DNA of 63,928 nt, filler included, from Acidimicrobiia bacterium (GTDB lineage: Bacteria > Actinomycetota > Acidimicrobiia > Spongiisociales > JAENVV01), in the NCBI GenBank assembly GCA_041577335.1. It is 3 parts of 3 records of this genome, joined end to end, with 100 filler letters (N's around TTAATTAATTAA, not from the genome) between each part and the next. Parts side by side here need not be neighbours in the genome. Positions count along the whole stretch, not along the records: positions 25,790 to 51,124 come from JBFGJH010000048.1; positions 51,225 to 63,928 come from JBFGJH010000079.1; 1 more part is not named here. One strand, written 5' to 3'. Position numbers and translations under genes: made by a program. Every line of letters begins with the position of its first letter. Position 1 is the stretch's first letter. The notes beneath the pieces are model-generated. The model saw only the letters and a list, made by a program, of their open reading frames with translations. It made no database searches and was not told the origin of the DNA. Below are positions 48,351 through 56,900 of this stretch, in pieces.

Positions 48351-48854
48351 ATGGAGATTGGCCCACTACAACTCGTCGTCGTCGGATTCGAAAGCCCGAC
48401 GCTCGATGGAAGCGTCCTGGATAGTTTGGTGGATGCGAGCGATAGCGGCCTCATTCGCATTGTCGACCTCCTCGGCGTGTACAAGGACGCCGAAGGTAAC
48501 GTCGCCTCTGCAGAGATGAGCGAGCTCACCGAAGATGAGGCCATGACCTACGGGGCCTGGATCGGCGCCCTGATCGGCCTCGGCGCCGGGGGAACAGAAG
48601 GCGCCGAGATGGGTGCCCTCATCGGCGCCATGTCCGCGGCAGACGAATACGAGTACGGCATGGACGATGAGTCTCTGGCCACGATCGCTGCAGACATACC
48701 GGCTGGAGGCGCTGCTCTCATGGTGGTCGTGGAGCACAGATGGGCCATTCCGTTCCGTGATGCCATACGGGGCCAGGGCGGAATCCTGATCGCACAGGAC
48801 TTCCTGAGCCCGGAAGCCATGATCGCTCTCGGCGCGGAGATCGCCACCGAGTAG
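48351..48854 (+). CDS. DUF1269/DUF6325-like protein
   Basis: GPLQLVVVGF, IRIVDLL.V.KD.EG, VEHRWA; GAGGAG RBS. Confidence 0.75.
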   Translation: MEIGPLQLVVVGFESPTLDGSVLDSLVDASDSGLIRIVDLLGVYKDAEGNVASAEMSELTEDEAMTYGAWIGALIGLGAGGTEGAEMGALIGAMSAADEYEYGMDDESLATIAADIPAGGAALMVVVEHRWAIPFRDAIRGQGGILIAQDFLSPEAMIALGAEIATE

Positions 48855-48896
48855 CCGACACGCCATCGCACTTTCGGTGGCCAAGTCAAAGCAACG

Positions 48897-48925
48897 AGAG
48901 AGGGCCCGCCAAGCGGGCCCTCTCT
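48897..48925. terminator. Hairpin between convergent genes
   Basis: agagagggcccgc-caa-gcgggccctctct. Confidence 0.7.
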
Positions 48926-48958
48926 GTGCGTTCGTCGGTTGTGCGTTTGTCGGTTGCG

Positions 48959-49333
48959 CTACGCGAGCAGTTTGGCCTTCTGCGCTGCGAATTCTTGTTC
49001 CGAGATCACTCCCGAGTCCTTCAAACCCGCCAGTTTCTCGAGCTCAGCGGCTGGAGACGTGCCGGCAGCCTCCTGGATATACGCACGAGCCGCCTCCTGC
49101 TGAGCCGCAGCCTCCTTCATGCTGCGCTCTGCCATGCCGTGCCCGTTGGCCAAGAGGTAGATCAGGACGCCCAGCCAGGGAATGATGATCACAAAAAGGA
49201 TCCAGAACGCCTTGGCGCCTCCGCCCATGTCGTGATTGCGGAAAATGTCGGCGAGGACGCTGATGAGCACCCAAATCCAAGCCACAAACAGAAAAAACAC
49301 CATCATCGACCAAAACAGGTCCAGTAAGGGCAT
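48959..49333 (-). CDS. PLDc_N + SHOCT domain membrane protein
   Basis: DIFR..D.GG.AKA.W..F....P.LG.L.YL; ELEKLA.LKDSGVISEQEF...KAKLL. Confidence 0.88.
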   Translation of the reverse strand: MPLLDLFWSMMVFFLFVAWIWVLISVLADIFRNHDMGGGAKAFWILFVIIIPWLGVLIYLLANGHGMAERSMKEAAAQQEAARAYIQEAAGTSPAAELEKLAGLKDSGVISEQEFAAQKAKLLA

Positions 49334-49551
49334 ATCAAGTCCTCCTCAGGTACATAGCCATTCAACCTTAGTAAGGCCAACGGTAGCCGAACCCGCACCA
49401 CCCCCATCGGGTGAATCGGGTGTTCGAGCGAGCCGGGCGCTGCTCCAGCTTGCACCCGCCGACGTGGGCAACTGTCAAGGAGCCGACAAAGCCGGTCCAT
49501 CCACACCAACGACGCGGTTGCCCAAACTGAGACCAGCCACAAGGAGGCACC

Positions 49552-50475
49552 ATGGCACTCACGTCAACTGCAAAGATCAGAGCAGCGGGAAGGGGCGACT
49601 TCACGGCTCCCAGCCAAGAAAGAAAAGCCGGAATCTCTCTCGCCGTAGTTGGGCTCGTTCTGGCCACTGTGGCATTCTTCGCCAATCTCAACGCTTTCGT
49701 TGCGATCAGCGACGGAGGCGAAAGCTCGGTTCTGCCGTGGTCGTTCGGCCTCACCACGCTCGGTTTTGGAACAATCAAGGTTGGGATCGCCATCATCCTG
49801 ATCGGAATCCTCGTGCGGCTCTACATGCGATGGGAGGCAATGGCGACAACCTTGCCTCAGCTGGTGACGGTGGACCATTCACAACCGGTGAAGACGGGCG
49901 ACTACCAGAGCGCACGCGGACCCGCCACCGCAACCGCGGTTCCACCCAAGCAACTCCCCATCCACACCATGGCACAGCGCATGTGGGCGCCCATGCTGGC
50001 AATGGGAGCGATGGCCGTGGCGGTCGGATTCCTGACTTCGTTGGCCTGGGCCAACGGCAACGACGCCACCCGAGCATGGACCCAGGGCCTGCAATTCCTG
50101 GGCGAAGCCCTGCTGCTCAGTGGGATTTCCTTCCTGCTGGCCTCGATCCTCGCCGGAATCCGAAACGGCGGAAGCGCAGTCCAGGCCCAACTGGGTGTGG
50201 CCGTCAAGACGCTGAAGATGCCGAAAAGCGCGAAGGCGTTCGTAGCGCTGATGACGACGGGCCTCATGCTCGGCGTCGTGCAGTTCATCGTCTATCTGAC
50301 GCTGCTCGGCGCGGACGCGGCTGCTTTCGCCCAAACGAATGCGTGGCTTGGCCCGCTGCGTGAACTGAGCATAGGGCTGCTCCTTGCGGGCATCGTGCTG
50401 GCGCTGGCGACCATCGGCACGGCTCTGGGATTCCAAGCCGATCGCGTCACCGAACTCATCAAGACCGGGAGGTAA
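49552..50475 (+). CDS. Hypothetical multi-pass membrane protein
   Basis: AAGGAGG RBS; about 6 TM helices. Confidence 0.75.
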   Translation: MALTSTAKIRAAGRGDFTAPSQERKAGISLAVVGLVLATVAFFANLNAFVAISDGGESSVLPWSFGLTTLGFGTIKVGIAIILIGILVRLYMRWEAMATTLPQLVTVDHSQPVKTGDYQSARGPATATAVPPKQLPIHTMAQRMWAPMLAMGAMAVAVGFLTSLAWANGNDATRAWTQGLQFLGEALLLSGISFLLASILAGIRNGGSAVQAQLGVAVKTLKMPKSAKAFVALMTTGLMLGVVQFIVYLTLLGADAAAFAQTNAWLGPLRELSIGLLLAGIVLALATIGTALGFQADRVTELIKTGR

Positions 50476-50479
50476 GACA

Positions 50480-51097
50480 ATGGCTACAGCAATCAGAAAC
50501 GACTTCGAGGTCGAGGTTTCAGACTCAACCAGGGGGTTCAACATCCCCCAAACCCTGGGCAGCAGGCTGTGGGGACCCATGTTCGTCATGGCGCTCATGG
50601 GATTCGGAACCGGGTTCGTCCTGGCCCTCGTGCGAGCCAATGAGCTCTCCGGGGGCGACGCCGCCACGGCAGAGGCGCTGCGCCACTTTGGCGCAGGCGC
50701 CATGTTCATCGGCTTCGCTGCGGTGTTCGCGGCGATCTCGTTTGCGATTGCTCGAATCTTGGGAGAGTTCCGAGATGGCGGCGGCCGAGTTCAGCAAGCT
50801 GCCAGCGGCAAAGTCCAGACCCTGAAGATGCCGCAAACGGCCAAGGCTTTCATCCTGATGATGGCGATGGCCATGATGGTGATCTTGGTGGCTGCAGTCG
50901 CCCATATCGTCATCGGCGCCCAGATCGCCGGCGGGAGCGCATCAGCCCTCGCCAACAGCGAAGCCCTCTTTGTGCTCTGGGAGGGGGTCCGACGGATCGG
51001 CGTGGCCATCTATCTCGTGGGGATCTCTCTGGGATTGGCGACCATCGTCACTGTCCTCAGATTTCAGACGAAACGAGTTCGCGAGCTCGCCCTCTAG
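50480..51097 (+). CDS. Hypothetical multi-pass membrane protein, paralog of the upstream gene
   Basis: GGAGG RBS; shares R.W.PM..M, GG..VQ, V.TLKMP..AKAF..M and LATI...L.FQ..RV.EL with 49552-50475. Confidence 0.75.
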   Translation: MATAIRNDFEVEVSDSTRGFNIPQTLGSRLWGPMFVMALMGFGTGFVLALVRANELSGGDAATAEALRHFGAGAMFIGFAAVFAAISFAIARILGEFRDGGGRVQQAASGKVQTLKMPQTAKAFILMMAMAMMVILVAAVAHIVIGAQIAGGSASALANSEALFVLWEGVRRIGVAIYLVGISLGLATIVTVLRFQTKRVRELAL

Positions 51098-51124
51098 CGA
51101 ACGGCTCGAGATGGAGAAGCGGGG

Positions 51125-51224
51125 NNNNNNNNNNNNNNNNNNNNNNNNNNNNNNNNNNNNNNNNNNNNTTAATTAATTAANNNNNNNNNNNNNNNNNNNN
51201 NNNNNNNNNNNNNNNNNNNNNNNN
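51125..51224. other. Artificial contig linker
   Basis: 44 N + TTAATTAATTAA + 44 N. Confidence 0.97.
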
Positions 51225-51300
51225 CGCCGGGCCTCCACTGTGTCTGGCTTCCCGGATGCCGGAACCGGCGTCCGACGATCGGATCTTTCGGCTACGGGTC

Positions 51301-53115
51301 TCAGTCCGTCGATTCGATGCGTGCCAGGACGACCGCGCTGTACGGTCCGAGCCCTATCGCTCCCGTAGCCGGCATGCCGTCACGAGGCTCATCCGCAGCT
51401 TCGACCTCTTGGGGTCCGCTGCCCTCGTAGTCGGGGTGGTATACCGGCGCGTCTCCGTCGAATACCACCCGCCATAGTCCTGCCGCGGGCAACCCGATCT
51501 CGTATGCCTCGTGACGTTCGCTCGAGAAGTTGGCGACGACGACCACATCGTCGCCGGCCCCACCGTTGTGCCATCGGTGATAGGCAAGGATCTTGTCGAC
51601 GTCATTCACATGATGTACCTGGACATGCTGGCCCATCAGGCCGCCTGAGGTGCCGTGCAGGTTTCGGCGCAGCTCGATGAGATCGCGGTAGAGCCTCGCC
51701 ACACCGGATTGGGTGTCGAGGCGGTTCCAGTCGATCGGGTCTTCGTCGTGGAACCAGCGGTCCTCCAGCAGCTCTTGGCCCTGGAAGATCATCGGGATCC
51801 CCGGCACGGTGAACACGAGTGCTGCTCCCAGCGCCGAGCGCTTGCGGGCATGCCAGCCGTCGGCTTGGCCCGGCCAGATTTCTTCCGGCAGGCGGGCTTT
51901 GCCGTTGGCGACCTCGTCGTGCGACTCGGTGTAGACAACCCGGCGGAAGGCATCGGAGCCGTATCGGGCGGTGATCGCTGCGGCGACCGCGTTCATGTCG
52001 CGGTGGTCGTCCTCCCGTTCGATCAACGCCGCTCGGATGGGATGAACGAATTGAGCGTCCCATTGGGAGTCGAAGCCGGCCCCGCCCTCCGAGGTCGGTT
52101 CCGTGATCGAGGCATGGCTGCGCAGGTCTTCGGCAATCGACACTTTCCACGGCTGGCGCTCTTTGATCTCGTCGTTGATCCACCGCATGAGGCTCCACCC
52201 GTCTGCGAGGTCGGCGACGGGGTCAGAGCCTCCCGAGACGTTGGCGATGTAGGAGGTGGCGTCCCAGCGGAGGCCGTCCAGGCGGTAGTCCTGGAGCCAC
52301 ATGAGAGCGTTGTCGCGGAGGAAGGTTCGGACCTCCGCCCTGCCGTAGTCCGGCCGGGTGTGCCCCCAGGGGGTCTCGCTGCGCCAATCGTTGTAGAAGT
52401 AGATGCCACCGCCATCTCCCTCGTGCCACCCGTCGAAGCGCCAGAGGTCGAGGTCGCTCGGCCCGAGGTGGTTGTAGACGACGTCCATGATGATGGCGAT
52501 GCCTGCCTCATGGGCCGCCCGGATGAAAGCCTTGAATCCGTCCGGGCCTCCATAACCGGTCTCGATGGCAAAGAGGTGTGCCGGGTTGTATCCCCATGAT
52601 CGGGTCCCCGGGAACTCCATGGGCGGCATCAGCTCGATCACGTTGATTCCCATCTCCTGGAGGTGGCCGAGGCGCTCGATCGCCGACTCGAAGCCGCCCT
52701 GTCCGTCACCGGGAGGATCCGTGAATGTCCCGAGATGAAGCTCGTAGATCACCATCTCATTGAATGGCGGCGTCCGGTAGTCGTCAGGAACGAGCCACTC
52801 GTAGCTGTCCCGGCGATGAATGATGGCGTTGCCGACGCTGTTGGTGACCTGCAATGCATAGGGATCCAACCGAAACAGCTTCTCGTCGGCTTCGATGACG
52901 AACTTGTATTGGTCGCCGGCCGAGGCGCCGGCGACGTATCCGCCCCAATAGCCATCCCCCTCGTGGATCAGCGGGTCGGCTCCCTCGGCCCAATCGTTGA
53001 ACGATCCAACAACGCAGATGGATTTGGCGTGGGGAGCCCATACCCGAAAAGTCGTTCCTTTGTCATCGGGAATCGCTCCCATTCCTGAACTGAGTGTGAC
53101 CACGTCGGTTTTCAT
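51301..53115 (-). CDS. GH13 alpha-amylase family (branching enzyme/TreZ-like) with CBM48
   Basis: FRVWAPHA, IYELHLGTF, WGYNP, DVVYNH, DGLRWDAT, IAED, ESHDEV. Confidence 0.9.
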   Translation of the reverse strand: MKTDVVTLSSGMGAIPDDKGTTFRVWAPHAKSICVVGSFNDWAEGADPLIHEGDGYWGGYVAGASAGDQYKFVIEADEKLFRLDPYALQVTNSVGNAIIHRRDSYEWLVPDDYRTPPFNEMVIYELHLGTFTDPPGDGQGGFESAIERLGHLQEMGINVIELMPPMEFPGTRSWGYNPAHLFAIETGYGGPDGFKAFIRAAHEAGIAIIMDVVYNHLGPSDLDLWRFDGWHEGDGGGIYFYNDWRSETPWGHTRPDYGRAEVRTFLRDNALMWLQDYRLDGLRWDATSYIANVSGGSDPVADLADGWSLMRWINDEIKERQPWKVSIAEDLRSHASITEPTSEGGAGFDSQWDAQFVHPIRAALIEREDDHRDMNAVAAAITARYGSDAFRRVVYTESHDEVANGKARLPEEIWPGQADGWHARKRSALGAALVFTVPGIPMIFQGQELLEDRWFHDEDPIDWNRLDTQSGVARLYRDLIELRRNLHGTSGGLMGQHVQVHHVNDVDKILAYHRWHNGGAGDDVVVVANFSSERHEAYEIGLPAAGLWRVVFDGDAPVYHPDYEGSGPQEVEAADEPRDGMPATGAIGLGPYSAVVLARIESTD

Positions 53116-53386
53116 GTCGGTATCCGTTTCACGGGAAGGGCCGAACTCGTCGGCAGGGATACGAGGCACTGCGGCAGTCCGCGCACCTCGTCGGTAGCGA
53201 GAATTCTAGGCGAATTCGGACACTGAATCGATGACCTCGCCCGGGTGAGGCACCGAGCGACGCCGGATCTGGTGGTGGCGATGGAGGACGACATCGGCGA
53301 GTGGATGACTGACGAACCACCCTTGCCGTGAGGGGTGGTCGGCATCCATATACTCGCCCGATGCACAAGCCCGAGTGGGGAACGAG

Positions 53387-54595
53387 ATGACCGCCGCCAC
53401 TGTCTTTGCCACCCCCCGCAGGCGGGCAGCGTTTGGCTCGCTGCTCTTCATTGCGATGGGTGTCGCCACCTATCCGGCCGCTGTGCTCAGTGTCCTTGCC
53501 ACATTCCTGATCGACGACTTCGGCATAACGCGTGCCGAGGTCGGTTTGATCGCGACCGCCAATGTCGCTGTCTCCGCGGCCCTGTCGCCGATGGCTGGGC
53601 GAATCACCGATCGGGTGGGCGGGAAGCGGGCTTTTGTCTTCATTTTCGTGTTGGGTGCGACAGGATTCCTCGCCCTGGCTGTGTCGCCTGTGTACTGGGT
53701 GCTGTTGGTCGCCGCGATCCCCGCCGGGCTCGCGCAATCTGCAGGGAATCCGGCGACCAACAAGCTGATATCGCTGCACCTTCCCTCCCGACAGCAAGGA
53801 GTCATGATCGGGATCAAACAATCGGGAGTCCAAGGGGTGATCTTTGTCGGCGGTGTGCTGGTCCCATTGGGCGCCGAAACCATCGGGTGGCGTTGGACAC
53901 TGTCGGCAATTGCGTTCATGACGATTGCGCTCGTCCCGGTGGTGCTGCGGGTGGTCCCTTCAGACCGACCCGTGACGGGTGGTGAGGGGCACGACCGGGC
54001 CGGCACCCTCTCTCCAGCTATCAGAGAGATGGCCGTGTACGGCTTCTTGCTCGGGTTCGGTGGATCAGTCACCTTCCTCGTTCCCCTGTTCGTGGAAGAA
54101 GCTCTTGGGGGCACGCCGGCGCTGGGTGGCTTGGCGGCCGGCCTCGTCGGTCTCTCTGCCTTCTTCGGCCGCATCGGGTGGGCTCGCTACGCCGAGTGCC
54201 GTCAGCGATTTGCGCTGCCTTTGGGCGCTATCGCCATCGGGGCGGTTGCCGCATCGTTGACGTTCCTGACAGCGCAAATGGTCGGCTTGTGGGTGGTGTG
54301 GATTGCCGCCGTGCTCACGGGGCTCACCGTTGCGTCTTGGAACTCGGTGGGAATGCTCGGCGTGATCACCGTGGCGGGCACCGGACAGGCGGGGCGGGCA
54401 TCGGGCATCGTGCTGCTTGGCTTTTTGGCAGGTCTCGGGGTGGGGCCGCCGTTGCTGGCCTGGACCGTCGACACGACGGGGGAGTACACCTGGATCTGGC
54501 TGATCTCGATAGCGGCCTACCTGGTGTCCTTGTTCCCGCTTCGTGCGTGGGCGAGACGCGAGTCTGGAGAGCTTCGATCTTCTCCAGCTGGGTAG
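53387..54595 (+). CDS. MFS transporter
   Basis: GRITDRVGGKR motif A; about 12 TM helices. Confidence 0.88.
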   Translation: MTAATVFATPRRRAAFGSLLFIAMGVATYPAAVLSVLATFLIDDFGITRAEVGLIATANVAVSAALSPMAGRITDRVGGKRAFVFIFVLGATGFLALAVSPVYWVLLVAAIPAGLAQSAGNPATNKLISLHLPSRQQGVMIGIKQSGVQGVIFVGGVLVPLGAETIGWRWTLSAIAFMTIALVPVVLRVVPSDRPVTGGEGHDRAGTLSPAIREMAVYGFLLGFGGSVTFLVPLFVEEALGGTPALGGLAAGLVGLSAFFGRIGWARYAECRQRFALPLGAIAIGAVAASLTFLTAQMVGLWVVWIAAVLTGLTVASWNSVGMLGVITVAGTGQAGRASGIVLLGFLAGLGVGPPLLAWTVDTTGEYTWIWLISIAAYLVSLFPLRAWARRESGELRSSPAG

Positions 54596-54707
54596 CGACC
54601 GATGCTTCGTCAGCCGGAGGTCGTCGATCCGGTCTGGTTGGGTGCTGGATGGACTTCATCTTGAGTCGACCGCGATCATGGGAGAATGATGCCGAGGTGA
54701 CATTCGC

Positions 54708-55055
54708 GTGATTGGCAGAAACGTCGAGCCGCAGCAAAACGTGGGCAGTACCGCCAGGGATCATCTGGCGAACGAGCGAACCTTCCTTGCATGGGTTCGC
54801 ACCGCTTTGGCCGTCGTTGGCCTGGGCGTGTTGCTTGGCAAACTCGTGGAAACCGAAGGACTGCTCGCTGAGATCATCGGCCTTGCCATGGTCGGCTTCG
54901 GGGCCGCGATGCTCCTCTACTCAGTTGCGCGTTTCTCGAAGGTGACCGCCTTGCTCGATCAAGGGAAGTTCGCCTCGTCCCGAAGGGGCCCGATTGCCCT
55001 GGCCGGCCTCGGCCTCGTCGTGGCGATCGGATCGGTCATTCTTCTCTTGTCCTAG
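54708..55055 (+). CDS. DUF202/YidH family membrane protein
   Basis: RDHLANERTFLAWVRT. Confidence 0.9.
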   Translation: MIGRNVEPQQNVGSTARDHLANERTFLAWVRTALAVVGLGVLLGKLVETEGLLAEIIGLAMVGFGAAMLLYSVARFSKVTALLDQGKFASSRRGPIALAGLGLVVAIGSVILLLS

Positions 55056-55171
55056 CCCAGGCCGCACCACCCGGCGACGCCCACATCGGTAGCCGCGCAC
55101 AGAGCTCAAGATTGAGCGGACGGCGCGAACCTCGTGAAGGACCCGTATTCGTCCGCGCCCACTGCTGCCCG

Positions 55172-55855
55172 TCACGAATCGGCCGCGCTGTCGCCCGGGT
55201 GGTTGACCGGCTGCTCATGGGCTGGTCGGAGGGAGGCCCATCCCATGGCAAGCGCAAAGAGCACGCTCAGAAAGATCAACACGATCGCGGGATCCTCGAT
55301 GACCTGGGCGGGATCCACTGTCGTTGCAAATGGAGCGAGAGCCATAGTGGTGACGCCCGCGGACGCCGCTACTCGACGGCCGATGATGCGTCGCCGTCTA
55401 GGTGACGCCGCGGCGTCGAGACGCCACAACATGATGATCATCGCCAGCACGAGGTAGAAGGCCGATGGGTTGACCACCCCGGCGAGCATGAATTGGACAT
55501 TCAGAAATGCTCCGGTCAAGAGAGCTCCGAGCGTCCACCGGTTCAGAGCGAGTAATGCGCCGATTGCCAGCTCGACCGTGCATACGAACACCGCCACCAA
55601 GCCAGCATGAGGCTCGACGACGTGGGTGAGGAAACCGTTGTAGATGACGATCGCATGGTCGGTGTCCGTTTCGACGAATCGACGCAGGCTCTCACCGTTC
55701 CACCATTCTCCGGTCATTGCATTGGCGATCCCGGCGCGCATCCAGCCGGCTGCCAAGAAGAGCTGCGGGAGAATCACCCAGGAGGGCATCCTCCCTAGCT
55801 CGCCCAGACTCTCCGGGATCGGCAATCGAGGAACGCGCACTTTGAGGCTTGCCAC
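55172..55855 (-). CDS. DoxX/DoxD-like membrane protein
   Basis: LFL..GWMRAG, ELAIG.LL, LNVQFMLAG.VN; start chosen at GTG after TAGTGT. Confidence 0.65.
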   Translation of the reverse strand: MASLKVRVPRLPIPESLGELGRMPSWVILPQLFLAAGWMRAGIANAMTGEWWNGESLRRFVETDTDHAIVIYNGFLTHVVEPHAGLVAVFVCTVELAIGALLALNRWTLGALLTGAFLNVQFMLAGVVNPSAFYLVLAMIIMLWRLDAAASPRRRRIIGRRVAASAGVTTMALAPFATTVDPAQVIEDPAIVLIFLSVLFALAMGWASLRPAHEQPVNHPGDSAADS

Positions 55856-55996
55856 GTGTGACACTACGCAGCGATTGCTGATCCGGTTCTCGGGGACTCG
55901 GTTCGGCCAGGGCACGGAAATATTCACGAGCGCGAACCGATCGAGTAGTCGGCCACGTATAGTGACCGACATGTTGCGAGGGATGGAGGAGTAGCA

Positions 55997-56419
55997 ATGA
56001 AGAGAGTGCTGTTTGTGGTGATGGCGTGCGCGGTAGCCGTTCTGACGCTGACGGCGGCGACCGGCGGTCGACCGCTCGAAGCGACCCTGACCGGGGCGGC
56101 CGAAGTACCGGGCCCGGGCGATCCGGACGGTTCGGGTTTCGCCGCTGTGACGATCAACCAGGGTCAGAATGAGGTGTGCTTCGAGATAACGGTCGCCGAC
56201 GTCGACCCGATCCTCGCTGCCCACATCCACGCCGCGCCTGCCGGGTCGGCCGGAGGGGTAGTGGTCAACTTCGATGTTGCCAACAACGGACTGTCGGGCT
56301 GTGTCGACGTTGACAAGGATCTCGCGAAAGCGATCCGCCAGAGCCCCGGCGAGTACTACGTGAACGTGCACAACGCAGCGTTCCCGCCCGGAGCGTTGCG
56401 CGGCCAGCTGGAGAAGTAG
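55997..56419 (+). CDS. CHRD-domain secreted protein
   Basis: Signal peptide; L.GA.EVP, AAHIH.A.AG..G, YYVNVHN..FP.G.LRGQL. Confidence 0.9.
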   Translation: MKRVLFVVMACAVAVLTLTAATGGRPLEATLTGAAEVPGPGDPDGSGFAAVTINQGQNEVCFEITVADVDPILAAHIHAAPAGSAGGVVVNFDVANNGLSGCVDVDKDLAKAIRQSPGEYYVNVHNAAFPPGALRGQLEK

Positions 56420-56443
56420 CTCCTAACAAAGCGATTCGATTGA

Positions 56444-56475
56444 AACAGCGGCCCGCCCCGAGGCGGGCCGCTGTT
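56444..56475 (+). terminator. Intrinsic terminator
   Basis: aacagcggcccgcc-ccga-ggcgggccgctgtt followed by a T-rich tail. Confidence 0.75.
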
Positions 56476-56900
56476 CTGTCTTTGGTCGATGTAACGGTCA
56501 CGCCGGCGTCACGCTCGGGTCGCTCGCGTCCCCTTCGAGAGCATGGCGCCTCGTCAGGTTGGCGGACACGTGTGGCGGGCGGCGGAACTCGACGGCGGCT
56601 GGGGATGTGTCGACACGCCGGATTCGCCGAGACATCTCCTCTGACTGTGGCTCTCGGTGCCAGTCGACCGAGAGCTCCTCCTGTGTTTGTCGAGTGGTAT
56701 GGCAGGGCACCGTCGGCGCTCGCCGCGGCGAGCATTGAGGGCATCGACGGGCCATTCTCGCTCTGCTTAACGATCAACGAGAACTTGAAGGTTGGACGCG
56801 GCCGGGCCGGTGAGGGCGGAGGCGATGTTTCCGGCGGTGATCCTCGCGGGATCGCCCGAAGGATTCGGTTAGGTTCGCGGTAGAGGCCGGAGGAGCAAGA

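Noticed and set aside
49385..49427. Hairpin with CCGAACCCG and GGTGAATC reminiscent of the c-di-AMP (ydaO) riboswitch
   Set aside because: Elements in the wrong order and the GTCAGCTAAC and GGGGA segments absent
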